From NCBI GenBank assembly GCA_965215505.1, contig OZ244065.1, forward strand, positions 96,001 through 160,000: a DNA stretch of 64,000 nt, written 5' to 3'. The position numbers and the translations under genes were made by a program. Of this stretch, positions 46,183 through 55,967 are shown piece after piece. This stretch comes from Capsulimonadaceae bacterium. GTDB taxonomy: Bacteria; Armatimonadota; Armatimonadia; Armatimonadales; Capsulimonadaceae. Within the stretch, counting starts at the first letter, position 1. The number at the start of each line of letters is the position of its first letter. The notes beneath the pieces are model-generated. The model was not told where the DNA came from, did no database searches, and saw only the letters and a program-made list of their open reading frames with translations.

Positions 46183-46217
46183 TAGAGACTTCGCGCTGTT
46201 CCTTCGCGGCCCCCGTT

Positions 46218-46228
46218 TGTGCTATAAT
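46218..46228 (+). promoter_or_regulatory. Extended -10 promoter of the TPR-nadK-recN operon
   Basis: TGTGCTATAAT. Confidence 0.65.
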
Positions 46229-46286
46229 AGCCTAAAGCGTGGGTCGCTGTTCAGGCGCGCTCATCTCGGAACGGAAATTTAGCGCC

Positions 46287-47921
46287 ATGAAAACTTCCCC
46301 TCCCACTCATTTCGGCCTCGCACTGACTCTCGCTGCCTGCTGCGGTGCGCTCGGCATCGGCCCTGCCTCGGCCCAGTTCGCCACGGACGCGAAGCCCGCT
46401 CCGGCGAAGAAGGCCGCCCCGAACCCGTCCCTGGACCGCTACAACAAAGTGGTCACGGACTTCAACAAGGCGACGCAGGACTTCAACGCGGCCAAGAACA
46501 GCGGCAGTGCCGACGGCCTGAAGGCGGCGGATCAGGAGATCGCGGCGAACATCACGGACCTGACCGCCCTGGCCCAGACGCCGGAGTATCAGAACGATCC
46601 CACGGTCCATAATCTGATCGGCTACCTGTATCTGACGCAGGATAACCCGGCGGCAGCCATCCCCGAGCTGCAAACGACGGTCCGGCTCAAGCCGGATAAC
46701 CTGGATGCGCGCAACAACCTGGGCAACGCACTGCGCCAGCAGATGCGTTATGATGAGGCCGCCGAGCAGTACCGGTATGTCCTGGACCACTTCGCGTCGA
46801 CGCCGGGCCTTGACGCGGCACGGATCAAGTTCAACCTGGCGACCGCGCTGGGGCAGGCGGGCAAGACGGACGAGGCCCTGGCCCTCTTCTCCGAGCTGGT
46901 GGCCGCGCCCAATCCGGATGCCGCCACGCTGAAGAACTACGGCTTCTTCCTGCAAAAAGCCGGACGCAGCGCCGACGCCGCCGACGCCCTGCGGCGCGCG
47001 GCGGAGAAGGACCCGAAGGACGCCACCGCGTGGCTCAGTGCGGGCGAGATCTATGCCAGGAACCAGCGCTACGACGACGCCATCGCGACGCTGACGAAGG
47101 CCGTCGGGCCGGACGTCGCCCCGCCACTCGACGCGACGGGAGAGTACGACGCCTATTTCGCTCTGGGCGAGGCCAATGCGGCGAAGGGCAGCACGGCGGA
47201 GGCGATCAAGGACTTCGACACGGCCGCCGGCCTCCAGCCGCAGAACGCGGTCCCCGTTTACAACAAGGGCGTTTTGCAGGAACAGGCCGGCCTGAAGCCG
47301 GACGCCGAGGCGTCCTACCGCAGTGCGCTCCAGAAGGACCCCGGCAGCGTCCAGATCCAGGCTGCACTGGGGCTTATCCTGGCCGACGAGGGCAAGGCGG
47401 CCGAGTCGGCTACGTTTCTGGCGCAGGCCGCGCCCAGGCTGACGCAGGACGCCAAAGCCGCGCCGATCTATGCCCGCCTGGGTGATGACTATGCCAAGCA
47501 GAACGATTATGCCGCTGCCGACCAGGCCCGCCGGCAGGCGCTGGCCCTGAATCCCGATGACGTGGACGTGCATCTGGCCCTGGCGGAGACCGCCATGGCG
47601 CGTCGCCAGTATGTCGCCGCCTTGGTCCAGTATGACGCCGCCGCCCGGCTGCGCCCGGCTGACCCGGCCATCCAGGATGGGCGCGGCGTCGCCTACAAGA
47701 ACCTGAAGCAGTACCCGAAGGCTCTGAGGGCCTTCCAGCAGGCTGCGACGCTCGACCCGAGCAACGCCCAGATACAGAACAACATCGGCGTCCTTTATGA
47801 GCTGCTCGGCAACAAGGCCTCGGCCATCGCCGCGTACAAGAAGGCATTGACCCTGAACCCGAGCCTGGAGATCGCCCGCCGGAACCTGGCCCGCTTCGCC
47901 CACAAGCCGGCGAGCTACTAA
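46287..47921 (+). CDS. Secreted tetratricopeptide repeat protein
   Basis: Signal peptide, then many TPR units (ARNNLGNAL, YNKGVL, QNNIGVLY, YKKALTLNP). Confidence 0.92.
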   Translation: MKTSPPTHFGLALTLAACCGALGIGPASAQFATDAKPAPAKKAAPNPSLDRYNKVVTDFNKATQDFNAAKNSGSADGLKAADQEIAANITDLTALAQTPEYQNDPTVHNLIGYLYLTQDNPAAAIPELQTTVRLKPDNLDARNNLGNALRQQMRYDEAAEQYRYVLDHFASTPGLDAARIKFNLATALGQAGKTDEALALFSELVAAPNPDAATLKNYGFFLQKAGRSADAADALRRAAEKDPKDATAWLSAGEIYARNQRYDDAIATLTKAVGPDVAPPLDATGEYDAYFALGEANAAKGSTAEAIKDFDTAAGLQPQNAVPVYNKGVLQEQAGLKPDAEASYRSALQKDPGSVQIQAALGLILADEGKAAESATFLAQAAPRLTQDAKAAPIYARLGDDYAKQNDYAAADQARRQALALNPDDVDVHLALAETAMARRQYVAALVQYDAAARLRPADPAIQDGRGVAYKNLKQYPKALRAFQQAATLDPSNAQIQNNIGVLYELLGNKASAIAAYKKALTLNPSLEIARRNLARFAHKPASY

Positions 47922-47951
47922 GGCCCCATTAGGACCCACTAGAAAGACCGG

Positions 47952-48815
47952 ATGCAGAACATCGGCATCATGGCGAACGCCGGCAAGCCGGCGGCACTGG
48001 AAGTCGCGGCGGACGCCGACCGCCGCCTCCGGGCGCGGGGCATCAATGTCCGCCTCCAGCACCGAGTCGCCGAGTCGCTGGGCATTCCCGAGCGCGGCCT
48101 GCCCGATGGCGGCGTCGCTGAAGCCGACGCCGTGCTGGTGCTGGGCGGCGACGGGACGATCCTGGCGACAGCCCGGCTCTGCGCCCCGCTGGGGACGCCG
48201 ATGCTGCCGGTCCATGTGGGCCGGTTCGGGTTCCTGACGGCTGTCGCGCCCGACGAGCTGCCCGAGGCCCTGGACGCACTGCTGGGAGGGCGGTATACGC
48301 AGGAGGAGCGCATGATGCTCTGGTGCGAGACGCGGCGGGATGGGGCCTTGCAGGACTCGGGGCTTGCGCTCAATGAGGTCGTGGTCGCCAACGGCCCGCT
48401 CTCGCGCGTCCTGCACCTGCGGACCTCCATTGATGGCCGGTTCGTGACGACCTACGCCGCCGACGGCGTCATCGTGGCGACGCCGACCGGCTCGACGGCC
48501 TATTCGCTCTCGGCGGGCGGCCCGCTGGTTCACCCTGTCTTGCAGACTTTGCTGCTGACGCCGATCTGCCCGCACACGCTGACCTCGCGCGCCCTGCTGG
48601 TGCCGCCCGAGGCCGAGATCACGGTGATTGTCGAGCGCGACCCGCAGGACATGGTGCGCGTCACGATTGACGGCCAGCTCGGCTTCCCGCTCCAGACGGA
48701 GGACGCCATCCACATCCGCCGCGCCCCGCACCAGGCGCGGTTCCTGTCCGTCGGCGGCGCGAACTTCTACGACAAGCTCCAGGACAAGCTGCACTGGGGC
48801 GAGACGCTTTACTAG
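47952..48815 (+). CDS. nadK: NAD kinase
   Basis: LGGDGTIL, ALNE, ADGVIVATPTGSTAYSLSAGGP, PICPH. Confidence 0.97.
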   Translation: MQNIGIMANAGKPAALEVAADADRRLRARGINVRLQHRVAESLGIPERGLPDGGVAEADAVLVLGGDGTILATARLCAPLGTPMLPVHVGRFGFLTAVAPDELPEALDALLGGRYTQEERMMLWCETRRDGALQDSGLALNEVVVANGPLSRVLHLRTSIDGRFVTTYAADGVIVATPTGSTAYSLSAGGPLVHPVLQTLLLTPICPHTLTSRALLVPPEAEITVIVERDPQDMVRVTIDGQLGFPLQTEDAIHIRRAPHQARFLSVGGANFYDKLQDKLHWGETLY

Positions 48816-48836
48816 GGTCCAGACCTGCGGAACCTT

Positions 48837-49184
48837 GTGCGAATAACGGAGTTGAGTATGAAGGCGTTCAGACTAACTTCCCTGCGGCCTCCCCGTCGCC
48901 TGATCCTCTCATGTCTCTGGCTGGCATCGTGGTGCCTGGCGACGGTGGCCGCGCACACGGGTCGGCTGCTCCTTGACCGCTGGTTACACCGGGGCGAGCC
49001 GCCAACCTGGCCGGAAGAAGCTGGTCGAATGTTCGTAATCATGATGGGTATAACTGCGGGTGATTGCCTCTCCCGGTCCTTCAAGCTCTACCCGCTCGCG
49101 CGAAAGCAAAATGGGTCTGAGAACAGAGGTCAACGCGGCCGATTGTGGGCGACCATTTCTCTGACTCCGACGCCCCGGCCATAA
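48837..49184 (+). CDS. Small hypothetical membrane protein
   Basis: Fills the nadK-recN gap; two hydrophobic stretches; start uncertain. Confidence 0.4.
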   Translation: MRITELSMKAFRLTSLRPPRRLILSCLWLASWCLATVAAHTGRLLLDRWLHRGEPPTWPEEAGRMFVIMMGITAGDCLSRSFKLYPLARKQNGSENRGQRGRLWATISLTPTPRP

Positions 49185-49200
49185 GCGACGATAAACGAAG

Positions 49201-50883
49201 ATGTTAGTTGAGCTTCATGTCACGAACTTCGCCCTCATTGACCGCCTGGACCTGACGTTCGGCGCGGGTCTCAACATACTGACCGGCGAGACCGGCGCGG
49301 GCAAGTCCATCATCATTGACGCCCTCGGGCTGGCACTCGGCGGGCGGGCGGGCGCGGACCTAGTCCGCACCGGCGCGGTGAAGGCCACCGTCGAGGCGGT
49401 CTTTGACCTCAGCCACGCCCCCGATGACGTCCGTCGCCGACTGGCGGAAGCGGGGCTGGACGGCGAAGACGAGGAAGACACATTGCTGGTGACACGCGAG
49501 CTTGCACGCGCGGGCGGCAAGTCGCAGTGCCGGGTCAACGGGCGGCTGATGCCCGTCGCCGTCCTGAAGGAGATCGCCGAGGGTCTGGTGGACGTCCATG
49601 GCCAGCACGAACATCAGTCGCTTCTCGCCGCCGACCGCCACATAGACATCCTGGACAACTGGGGCGGCAAGGACGCGCTCGCCTTGCGCCAGTCGGTCGC
49701 CGCCCTGTTCGGCGAGGCGAGCGCCCTGAAGCGCGAGCGGGAACAGCTCCGGACGGACGCCCGTGAGCGCGCCCGGATGCTGGACCTGTACCGCTTCCAG
49801 TCGGAGGAACTCGCCTCGGCATCCCTCCAGCCGGGTGAGGAAGAAGAGCTTGCCGCCGACCGCAGCCGGCTGGCGAACAGCGAGAAACTGAGCGCCGCCG
49901 CCGCCGATGCCTACGCGACGCTGTCGGGCGCGGAGCGCGGCGCGGGGGCCTTAGACGCCTTGAATGCCGCCCTGGCGGCCGTCGAGCATGTGGCCGCTTT
50001 GGACGAGGCCCTGGCACCGCTGACCGAGACTTTGCAGAGCGCCGTGTCGTTTGCCGAGGACGCCGCCCGCGACCTGCGCGTGTATCAGGAGTCGGTGGAG
50101 TTCAACCCGGAGCGCCTTGAGGAGATCGAGACGCGCCTGGACCTGATCCGCACTTTGAAGCGCAAGTACGGCGAGACCCTGGAAGAGATCATCGCTTACG
50201 GCGCGGAGCTGGCTGGGAAGCTGGACGCCCTGGAAAATTCCGAGGCGCGCGAGGAGGCCCTGACGGCGGCGATCACGAAGGCCGAGGACAAGCTGAACGC
50301 CGCCGCCGCCCGGCTGACCAAGGCGCGGCGGAAGGCCAGCGAGAACTTCGGGGCGGGGATCGCCCGCGAGTTGGCCGACTTAGGGATGGCGGCCACCAAG
50401 TTCGAGGTCTCCATCGAGGCCCAGCCGGTCACGAGCAAGGGCGCGGACCGGGTCGAGTTCCTGCTCTCGCCGAACCCCGGCGAGCCGTTGCGCCCGCTGG
50501 CGAAGATCGCGTCGGGCGGTGAGATGTCGCGCATCATGCTGGCGATGAAATCCGTTCTGGCGCGGACGGGGGCGATCCCGACCATGATTTTCGACGAGAT
50601 TGATGTCGGCGTCGGCGGCCGGACGGCCCAGACCATCGGCGACAAGCTGGAAGCCTTGGCGCGGGAGGCGCAGATCATGTGCATCACGCACCTGCCGCAG
50701 ATCGCCTCCCGCGCCGGGACCCATTTTTTCATCGAGAAGCAGGTCCATGAGGGCCGGACGACGGTGTCAGTGGCTCCGCTCGACTCAGAGGGCCGCATCG
50801 AGGAGATCGCCCGAATGCTGGGCGGTTCGCGGCGGTCGGAGGCAGTCGTCCAGCACGCGCGCGAGATGCTGTCCGTCTCGTAG
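49201..50883 (+). CDS. recN: DNA repair protein RecN
   Basis: LTGETGAGKS, VHGQHEHQ, KIASGGEMSR, IFDEID, ITHLPQIA. Confidence 0.98.
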   Translation: MLVELHVTNFALIDRLDLTFGAGLNILTGETGAGKSIIIDALGLALGGRAGADLVRTGAVKATVEAVFDLSHAPDDVRRRLAEAGLDGEDEEDTLLVTRELARAGGKSQCRVNGRLMPVAVLKEIAEGLVDVHGQHEHQSLLAADRHIDILDNWGGKDALALRQSVAALFGEASALKREREQLRTDARERARMLDLYRFQSEELASASLQPGEEEELAADRSRLANSEKLSAAAADAYATLSGAERGAGALDALNAALAAVEHVAALDEALAPLTETLQSAVSFAEDAARDLRVYQESVEFNPERLEEIETRLDLIRTLKRKYGETLEEIIAYGAELAGKLDALENSEAREEALTAAITKAEDKLNAAAARLTKARRKASENFGAGIARELADLGMAATKFEVSIEAQPVTSKGADRVEFLLSPNPGEPLRPLAKIASGGEMSRIMLAMKSVLARTGAIPTMIFDEIDVGVGGRTAQTIGDKLEALAREAQIMCITHLPQIASRAGTHFFIEKQVHEGRTTVSVAPLDSEGRIEEIARMLGGSRRSEAVVQHAREMLSVS

Positions 50884-50922
50884 TCACGCCGGATCGGATC
50901 AGAACGCGAGGGATTTAGAGCC

Positions 50923-51258
50923 GTGTTTTTCAAGCGTGATGTTCTTCTCGCACAGGAGTATCTGGGTTTTCTGCTGCTGAACATGTTCGACCTGTTCCTG
51001 ACAGGCTATATCTTCAACCACGGCGGGATGGAGGCCAACGGGCTGGCCGGCTGGATTTACGCGAAGTTCGGCCAGCAGGGATTCGCGTTTTACAAATTCG
51101 GCCTGGTCACGATCGTCGTGCTGGCGTGTGAGGGCATTTCGCTCGCCGACATCCGCAAGTCAAGGATCATCGTCACAGCGGGCTGCCTCATTTACCTGCT
51201 GATCGTCTTCTGGGAAGTGTTCCTGATCATCACTCAAGTCCATGGCATTTTCCTCTGA
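50923..51258 (+). CDS. DUF5658-like small membrane protein
   Basis: LNMFDLFLT...GGMEANG...YKF pattern; three hydrophobic segments. Confidence 0.7.
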   Translation: MFFKRDVLLAQEYLGFLLLNMFDLFLTGYIFNHGGMEANGLAGWIYAKFGQQGFAFYKFGLVTIVVLACEGISLADIRKSRIIVTAGCLIYLLIVFWEVFLIITQVHGIFL

Positions 51259-51766
51259 GACAAGCCCCGGCGGAAGTTCAACCATTCGGCCCGCGCGGGA
51301 GGCGGACCTGCCCGCCCTGACGGACATTTACAATGCCGCCGTCATTGGGACGGACTTCACCGGCCACCTCGCCCCGCTCTCGCTGGAGGAGCGCCACCCC
51401 TGGTGGCAGGCCCACCAAGACCCGCGCTTCCCGGTCCTCGTCGCCGAGTCGGGCGGTGAAGTGCTGGGCTATGCTTCCCTCTCCCAATGGTACGATACTC
51501 CCGTCTATGCCCACACCGCCGAATCCTCGCTTTACCTCGCCTCGAACGCCCAGGGGCGCGGGCTGGGAACGACCTTGATGCGTGCCCTGCTGGACGAAGC
51601 GCGCCGCCTGGGCCACCACGTCGTCCTGTCCCGCATCTGGTCCGAAAACCTCCCCAGCATCGCCATGTGCCGGAAGTGTGGCTATGAGACGGTCGGCGTC
51701 CAGCGCGAGATCGGCTTCCGCCGCGGCCGGTGGGAGGACTGCGTGGTCATGCAGGTCATCCTGTAG
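51242..51766 (+). CDS. GNAT N-acetyltransferase (phosphinothricin acetyltransferase/YncA-like)
   Basis: IYN, YAHTAESSLY, QGRGLG, N..SIA, IGFRRGRWED. Confidence 0.9.
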   Translation: MAFSSETSPGGSSTIRPAREADLPALTDIYNAAVIGTDFTGHLAPLSLEERHPWWQAHQDPRFPVLVAESGGEVLGYASLSQWYDTPVYAHTAESSLYLASNAQGRGLGTTLMRALLDEARRLGHHVVLSRIWSENLPSIAMCRKCGYETVGVQREIGFRRGRWEDCVVMQVIL

Positions 51767-51770
51767 GCCC

Positions 51771-53207
51771 TCACGGCGCGGTCCCTTGCTTGGGGAACGA
51801 CTTGACGTGCCCGTCGGCGAACAGCACGACGCGGGCGCACGGCAGGTCCATCGTCCCCTGAACGGTATCGGCGGGCGACTCGATCTTCGCCATTGCCGTG
51901 CCGCCGGGCAGTTGATACTCAAACCGATGGCTCCCCACCTGGAACACTTCTCTGGTCTTCAGGTAGGGGTACAGAGCCTCGTTCAATCCCTCCGTGGGCG
52001 GGAAATGCTCGTCATAATCCTGTGCGTACTGGGTCAGCGCCAGCCCGATTTGCTTCAAGTTCAACATCGCTAGTTGCCGCTCCTCGGCACAGGTCAAGGT
52101 CAGCCCGACCGCCATCTTCTCGTTTGGCAGCAGGTCGGTGACCGCCGTCACGTCTGTGACGCAGAGGTCGCCGTGCGACAGGAAGGCGATCTGCTTGCCC
52201 GTCGGCGACCAGACCGCCTGCGGGTCGTCCCGGTCCGGCGTCAGCCCCGCCGCCGCCGCCCCGAGCGGCAGTCTCCCCGCCGGTGTCCGCCGTATCCACA
52301 AGACGCACGGCTCTAGATGCGCCCCGCTCCCCTTACCGTCTTCCAAAAGGCGATGCTCCACGTCCAGCGTCAAGTCGGGGTACTGCCTGGAGGCGGCGGG
52401 CGCGTCGTCGGCGGGAGCCGGGCCGGTTGGGCTGACCTGCCCCGTGACGACATCGAAGTCCTGGTCGGCGTCTTTCACACGGATGCGGAGGTGGCGGTCG
52501 TCGCTCCAGCGATAGTAGCCGGCCCCAGGCGGCAGCGTGAGCAGGCGGTAGGTGTCCCGGTCCGGGTCGTAGAGTATGGAGGCAGTTTGTGCCCGCCCCG
52601 GTTTGCCGTCGGCGTCCGGCACTTGATAAAGCTGCTTGAAGACGACCCAGCGCAGGCTTGGCGAGGGGACGCCATAGGCGGAACCTGGGACGGCCTGTGC
52701 TTCGGGGGCGAGATGTGCCGCCGGGTCGATCGGGCGCGTCACGGCGGGACTGGCGCTCAGGTCCCACCGCAGGTACTCCGCGAAGGCCGTGGTCGGCTCC
52801 TGCGGGTCCGGCGAGTAGCGGCACAGCAGGACATGCTTCCCGCTCCGGCTCCAGCCTAACAGTAGAAAGCCCGCCGCCGTGCTGCCCGTCGGGGCCGTGT
52901 CCGAGAGGCGGCTGATCTCGCGCCCGGTGCGGGTGTCCATCGTCTTGACAGAGTAGACGGTCAGGTCCCCCTGCACCTCGGAGCCGAGGAAGGCAATCTC
53001 CACGCCGAGCGGCTCATAGGCGAAAAGCTGGATGTGGGCGTTCAGAGTGAGCGGGCGCATCGGACTGACCTGCACGAATTCGCCTCTGCTGGTATAGACG
53101 ATGTCGGACCGGAGGTTGGACGGCTGCGCCGGGGCGGCATTCGCCGGCAGAGGGGCGCGAACAAGCAGAGGCAGAAGACAAAGCAATGCGAAGCGGCGCG
53201 CATACAT
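51771..53207 (-). CDS. Secreted beta-propeller-like protein with C-terminal DUF1559/H-X9-DG-like domain (paralog 1)
   Basis: Signal peptide; WSRSG and WSPTGKQIAF (PD40-like); NLKQIGLALTQYAQDYDEHFP; VLFADGHVK. Confidence 0.8.
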   Translation of the reverse strand: MYARRFALLCLLPLLVRAPLPANAAPAQPSNLRSDIVYTSRGEFVQVSPMRPLTLNAHIQLFAYEPLGVEIAFLGSEVQGDLTVYSVKTMDTRTGREISRLSDTAPTGSTAAGFLLLGWSRSGKHVLLCRYSPDPQEPTTAFAEYLRWDLSASPAVTRPIDPAAHLAPEAQAVPGSAYGVPSPSLRWVVFKQLYQVPDADGKPGRAQTASILYDPDRDTYRLLTLPPGAGYYRWSDDRHLRIRVKDADQDFDVVTGQVSPTGPAPADDAPAASRQYPDLTLDVEHRLLEDGKGSGAHLEPCVLWIRRTPAGRLPLGAAAAGLTPDRDDPQAVWSPTGKQIAFLSHGDLCVTDVTAVTDLLPNEKMAVGLTLTCAEERQLAMLNLKQIGLALTQYAQDYDEHFPPTEGLNEALYPYLKTREVFQVGSHRFEYQLPGGTAMAKIESPADTVQGTMDLPCARVVLFADGHVKSFPKQGTAP

Positions 53208-53269
53208 GGCGATCCTCCTGACGCCCCGCGTTTGGCGGGGCAAACATTGTATGACTTTGTTGATGCGGT

Positions 53270-54703
53270 TCAGTCCGCGCCTTCCGGCGCACTGCCCGGC
53301 TTCGAGAGTGTTTTCACCAGGCCGTTCCCCATGAGCACGACGCGCGCGCAGGGGAGGTCGAACTCGCCGATGACGAGTTCCGTTTGCTTCTCCAAGTGTC
53401 CCCGCAGGAGATCCGGCGGCTCGTGGTAGACGAAGTGGACGCCCTCGGTGTGCAGATCATTGGCGTACTTCGCGCTCGCGGCGATCTCCGACTGGAACTG
53501 ACCCGCCGTGGGGAACCTGCCGTCATGCGCCATCGAGTACCAGAACATCGCCATGTCCACGTTCTTGATGTTCACCCGCGCCAGGGCGCGCTCCTCCGCA
53601 CAGGTCAGCGGCAGTCCCAGCGCCTGCCGCTCGGCGGGGATCGCGTCGGGGGGCGTCAGGTCCGTGACGCAGAGGTCGCCATGGGTGACATAGGCGACCT
53701 GCCGCCCCGTCGGCGACCAGGCCGGCCGGGGGCCGTCGTCGCCCGACGTCACCGCCGCCGCCGCCGCGCCCAGCGGGTCCTTGCCGGGGGTGGACCGGCG
53801 CAGCCAGAGGATGTGCGAGGCGGCCTGCGCGCCCGTCGTCCGTTTATCCTCCAATGTGCGCGCCTCGACGTCCAGTGTCAGATTCGGGTAGAACGCGGAA
53901 GCCGGCTTTGCCCTCGGCCCGGCGGCGTAGGGGGCGGTCGCGCCGGTCGTGACGTCCAGCATCTCCGAACCGTGCTGCCGGGTGCCGTCCCCATCAATTC
54001 GCAGGTGGTCGGCGTCAACCCAATATCCATAGGACACGAACCCCGGCGGCAATGGGAGTGTGCGGGACTGGTCCTTTCCAGGGTCATAGAGCGAGTACAG
54101 CGTGTGCGACTCGTCCTCTTTTGTTACCGGGTTCGGCTGCTGGTACTCCTGGCCGAAGAAGACCGTGTGCCCTTTCGGGGAGACGCGGACACGGGTATAG
54201 CTTGCCCGCGTGCCCGCAGGCAGCGGCGGCAGCGTGATCTCGGACACGGAAGGCGGGTCCGCGCCGAGGTCCCAGCGCAGATAGGCCTGGCCGACCGGTT
54301 TCCCCTGCGCGGCCTCCTCCACCGCCTCTTTCAGCGGAAGCCACCGCTCCACCAACAAGTAGCGGCCACTGCCGCTCCACCCGATGAGGTTGTACCGGGC
54401 CGTCTCATCACCGGCCGGGGCGGTCATGGAGAGCCGATTGATCGAGCGCCCGCTGCGGACGTCAATGGTTTCGACGAACACCGTCATCGTGTCGCCGGCC
54501 GTCTCGCTGCCCCCGACCGCGATCTCCTGGCCCGTCGGCTCATAAGCGAACTCCCTGACGTGGGCGTTCAGCGTCAACTGGTGGAGTGGGCCGACTTGGA
54601 CGAACTTCCCGTCGCCGAGGTAGAGGATGTCAGGGCGCAGGGCGTGGCCGGGGAGGGGAAGCAGGGCAAGCAGATACGGCAGCGCAAAGTATCGCAGTCT
54701 CAT
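53270..54703 (-). CDS. Secreted beta-propeller-like protein with degenerate DUF1559-like domain (paralog 2)
   Basis: Shares LTLNAH..FAYEP, YLRWDL, LTLDVE, WSPTG.Q, HGDLCVTD, LTCAEER and DLPCARVVL with paralog 1. Confidence 0.8.
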   Translation of the reverse strand: MRLRYFALPYLLALLPLPGHALRPDILYLGDGKFVQVGPLHQLTLNAHVREFAYEPTGQEIAVGGSETAGDTMTVFVETIDVRSGRSINRLSMTAPAGDETARYNLIGWSGSGRYLLVERWLPLKEAVEEAAQGKPVGQAYLRWDLGADPPSVSEITLPPLPAGTRASYTRVRVSPKGHTVFFGQEYQQPNPVTKEDESHTLYSLYDPGKDQSRTLPLPPGFVSYGYWVDADHLRIDGDGTRQHGSEMLDVTTGATAPYAAGPRAKPASAFYPNLTLDVEARTLEDKRTTGAQAASHILWLRRSTPGKDPLGAAAAAVTSGDDGPRPAWSPTGRQVAYVTHGDLCVTDLTPPDAIPAERQALGLPLTCAEERALARVNIKNVDMAMFWYSMAHDGRFPTAGQFQSEIAASAKYANDLHTEGVHFVYHEPPDLLRGHLEKQTELVIGEFDLPCARVVLMGNGLVKTLSKPGSAPEGAD

Positions 54704-54784
54704 GGCGGTTCTCCTAGGCGTGAGGCGATCAAAGAGACTAACGTGCCACGATGCTGTTTCGGTTCGGGCCGGACTGAAATTCGG

Positions 54785-55042
54785 CTAGAGGACGGTGTAC
54801 GGCGTCGCCTCGACCACGCCGCCGACGGACTGAAGCTCGGGCAGCAGGAGGTCCAGAGTGGCCTCATCGGTGTCGAACGTCACCAGGACGTGGCCGGGGC
54901 CGGTGACGATGTCCAGGGACACGTTACGCGCGGCGCAGGCGGCGGAGAGGGCGGCGACCAGGCCCGCGCGCTCATCGGTTTGCAGCAGGACGACCCGGCG
55001 CAGAGGGTGGGGGAGTGTTAGAGGCGGCGTTTGGGCTGGCAT
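54785..55042 (-). CDS. Small ACT-like (ferredoxin-fold) hypothetical protein
   Basis: DERAGLVAALS...NVSL...LQSVGGVVEA pattern resembles ACT domains. Confidence 0.55.
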   Translation of the reverse strand: MPAQTPPLTLPHPLRRVVLLQTDERAGLVAALSAACAARNVSLDIVTGPGHVLVTFDTDEATLDLLLPELQSVGGVVEATPYTVL

Positions 55043-55967
55043 CGGCGCTTCCTTTCGACTGGGAATGGTAGAAGTGCGAGTGGCTATAGAGATAAAATCC
55101 CGTGACGAGGACCAGGATCAGGCCGGTGGCGTAGACCGTCGCGAAGACCTCCTCGCGCTTCAGTTTGAAGGCACGGCCGTTCGCGATCAGCACGGCCAGG
55201 CCCATCGGGACCAGGGCGGCAACATTGACTTCGGTGAACAGCACCAGGAGCATGGTCGTGGTCAGCAGGCCGTACATCCACCAGAAGGTGCCGCGCACGT
55301 TCAGGTTCAGGCGCAGGGCTACGGCGAAGAAGAAGGCCATGAACAGGGCGTCGCCCGGCCCGATGAAGCCGATGGGGTGCAAGGCCCCGTGGTGGTGCGC
55401 CCCGCCGCCGACGGCGGGCACGGGGACGGACAAGGCCCGGACGAGGCCGGGATTGTGCGCCACGGCGTTCTGTGTGAAGCCGATCGGCGTCATCGCGCCC
55501 AGGTAATCAATCGGCATGGCGACGAGCGCGACCGGCAGCAGGACGTTCGCCTCGCGGACGATCCGCGACAGCAGGATGCCGAAAAAGGCGCAGGCAAACG
55601 TGATCGCCAGGCCGAGCAAGAGTGGCCCCGCGATGAACAGCGGCGCGTTGTGCGCCTCGGACCATCCCCGGTGCGGGACGAAGTACCGGAGGGTGAGCAG
55701 CCACAGCCCGACACAGGCGAGGGTGAGGCCCGCGCTCACCCAAGGGCGCGGCTTGAGGTTGACGACGGCCTGCGCCAGCCAGAGTTGCAGCAGCATGAAG
55801 GCCGCCGTCGAGGCGAAGATCAGCCCGGCATAGACGATGCGTGGCGGGGGCCGGTCGGGCAGGGGGACGAGCGGCAGCAGCAGGTCGAACGCCAGGTAGG
55901 CGGCAAGTGCCAACAGGGCTGCCGCCCGCACGTCGAGCGCCTCGAATCCGGCGACGAGGCGCTTCAT
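54972..55967 (-). CDS. Polytopic membrane protein with GxGD aspartyl-protease-like motifs
   Basis: Many TM segments; PIDY, IGPGD and VAALVP motifs; start MKRLV overlaps the dusB stop. Confidence 0.75.
   Translation of the reverse strand: MKRLVAGFEALDVRAAALLALAAYLAFDLLLPLVPLPDRPPPRIVYAGLIFASTAAFMLLQLWLAQAVVNLKPRPWVSAGLTLACVGLWLLTLRYFVPHRGWSEAHNAPLFIAGPLLLGLAITFACAFFGILLSRIVREANVLLPVALVAMPIDYLGAMTPIGFTQNAVAHNPGLVRALSVPVPAVGGGAHHHGALHPIGFIGPGDALFMAFFFAVALRLNLNVRGTFWWMYGLLTTTMLLVLFTEVNVAALVPMGLAVLIANGRAFKLKREEVFATVYATGLILVLVTGFYLYSHSHFYHSQSKGSADASPNAASNTPPPSAPGRPAANR

Noticed and set aside
46188..46212. GAAGGAACAGCGCG on the minus strand resembles the 3' end of the glnA glutamine riboswitch
   Set aside because: It lies upstream of the glnA -35 box, and the GGAAGTA E-loop and proper P1/P2 are absent
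46251..48794. Long antisense ORFs (also 24951-27101, 9679-11403, 42599-44215, 53384-55021, 129-1397)
   Set aside because: Shadow ORFs opposite well-supported genes, expected from high-GC codon bias
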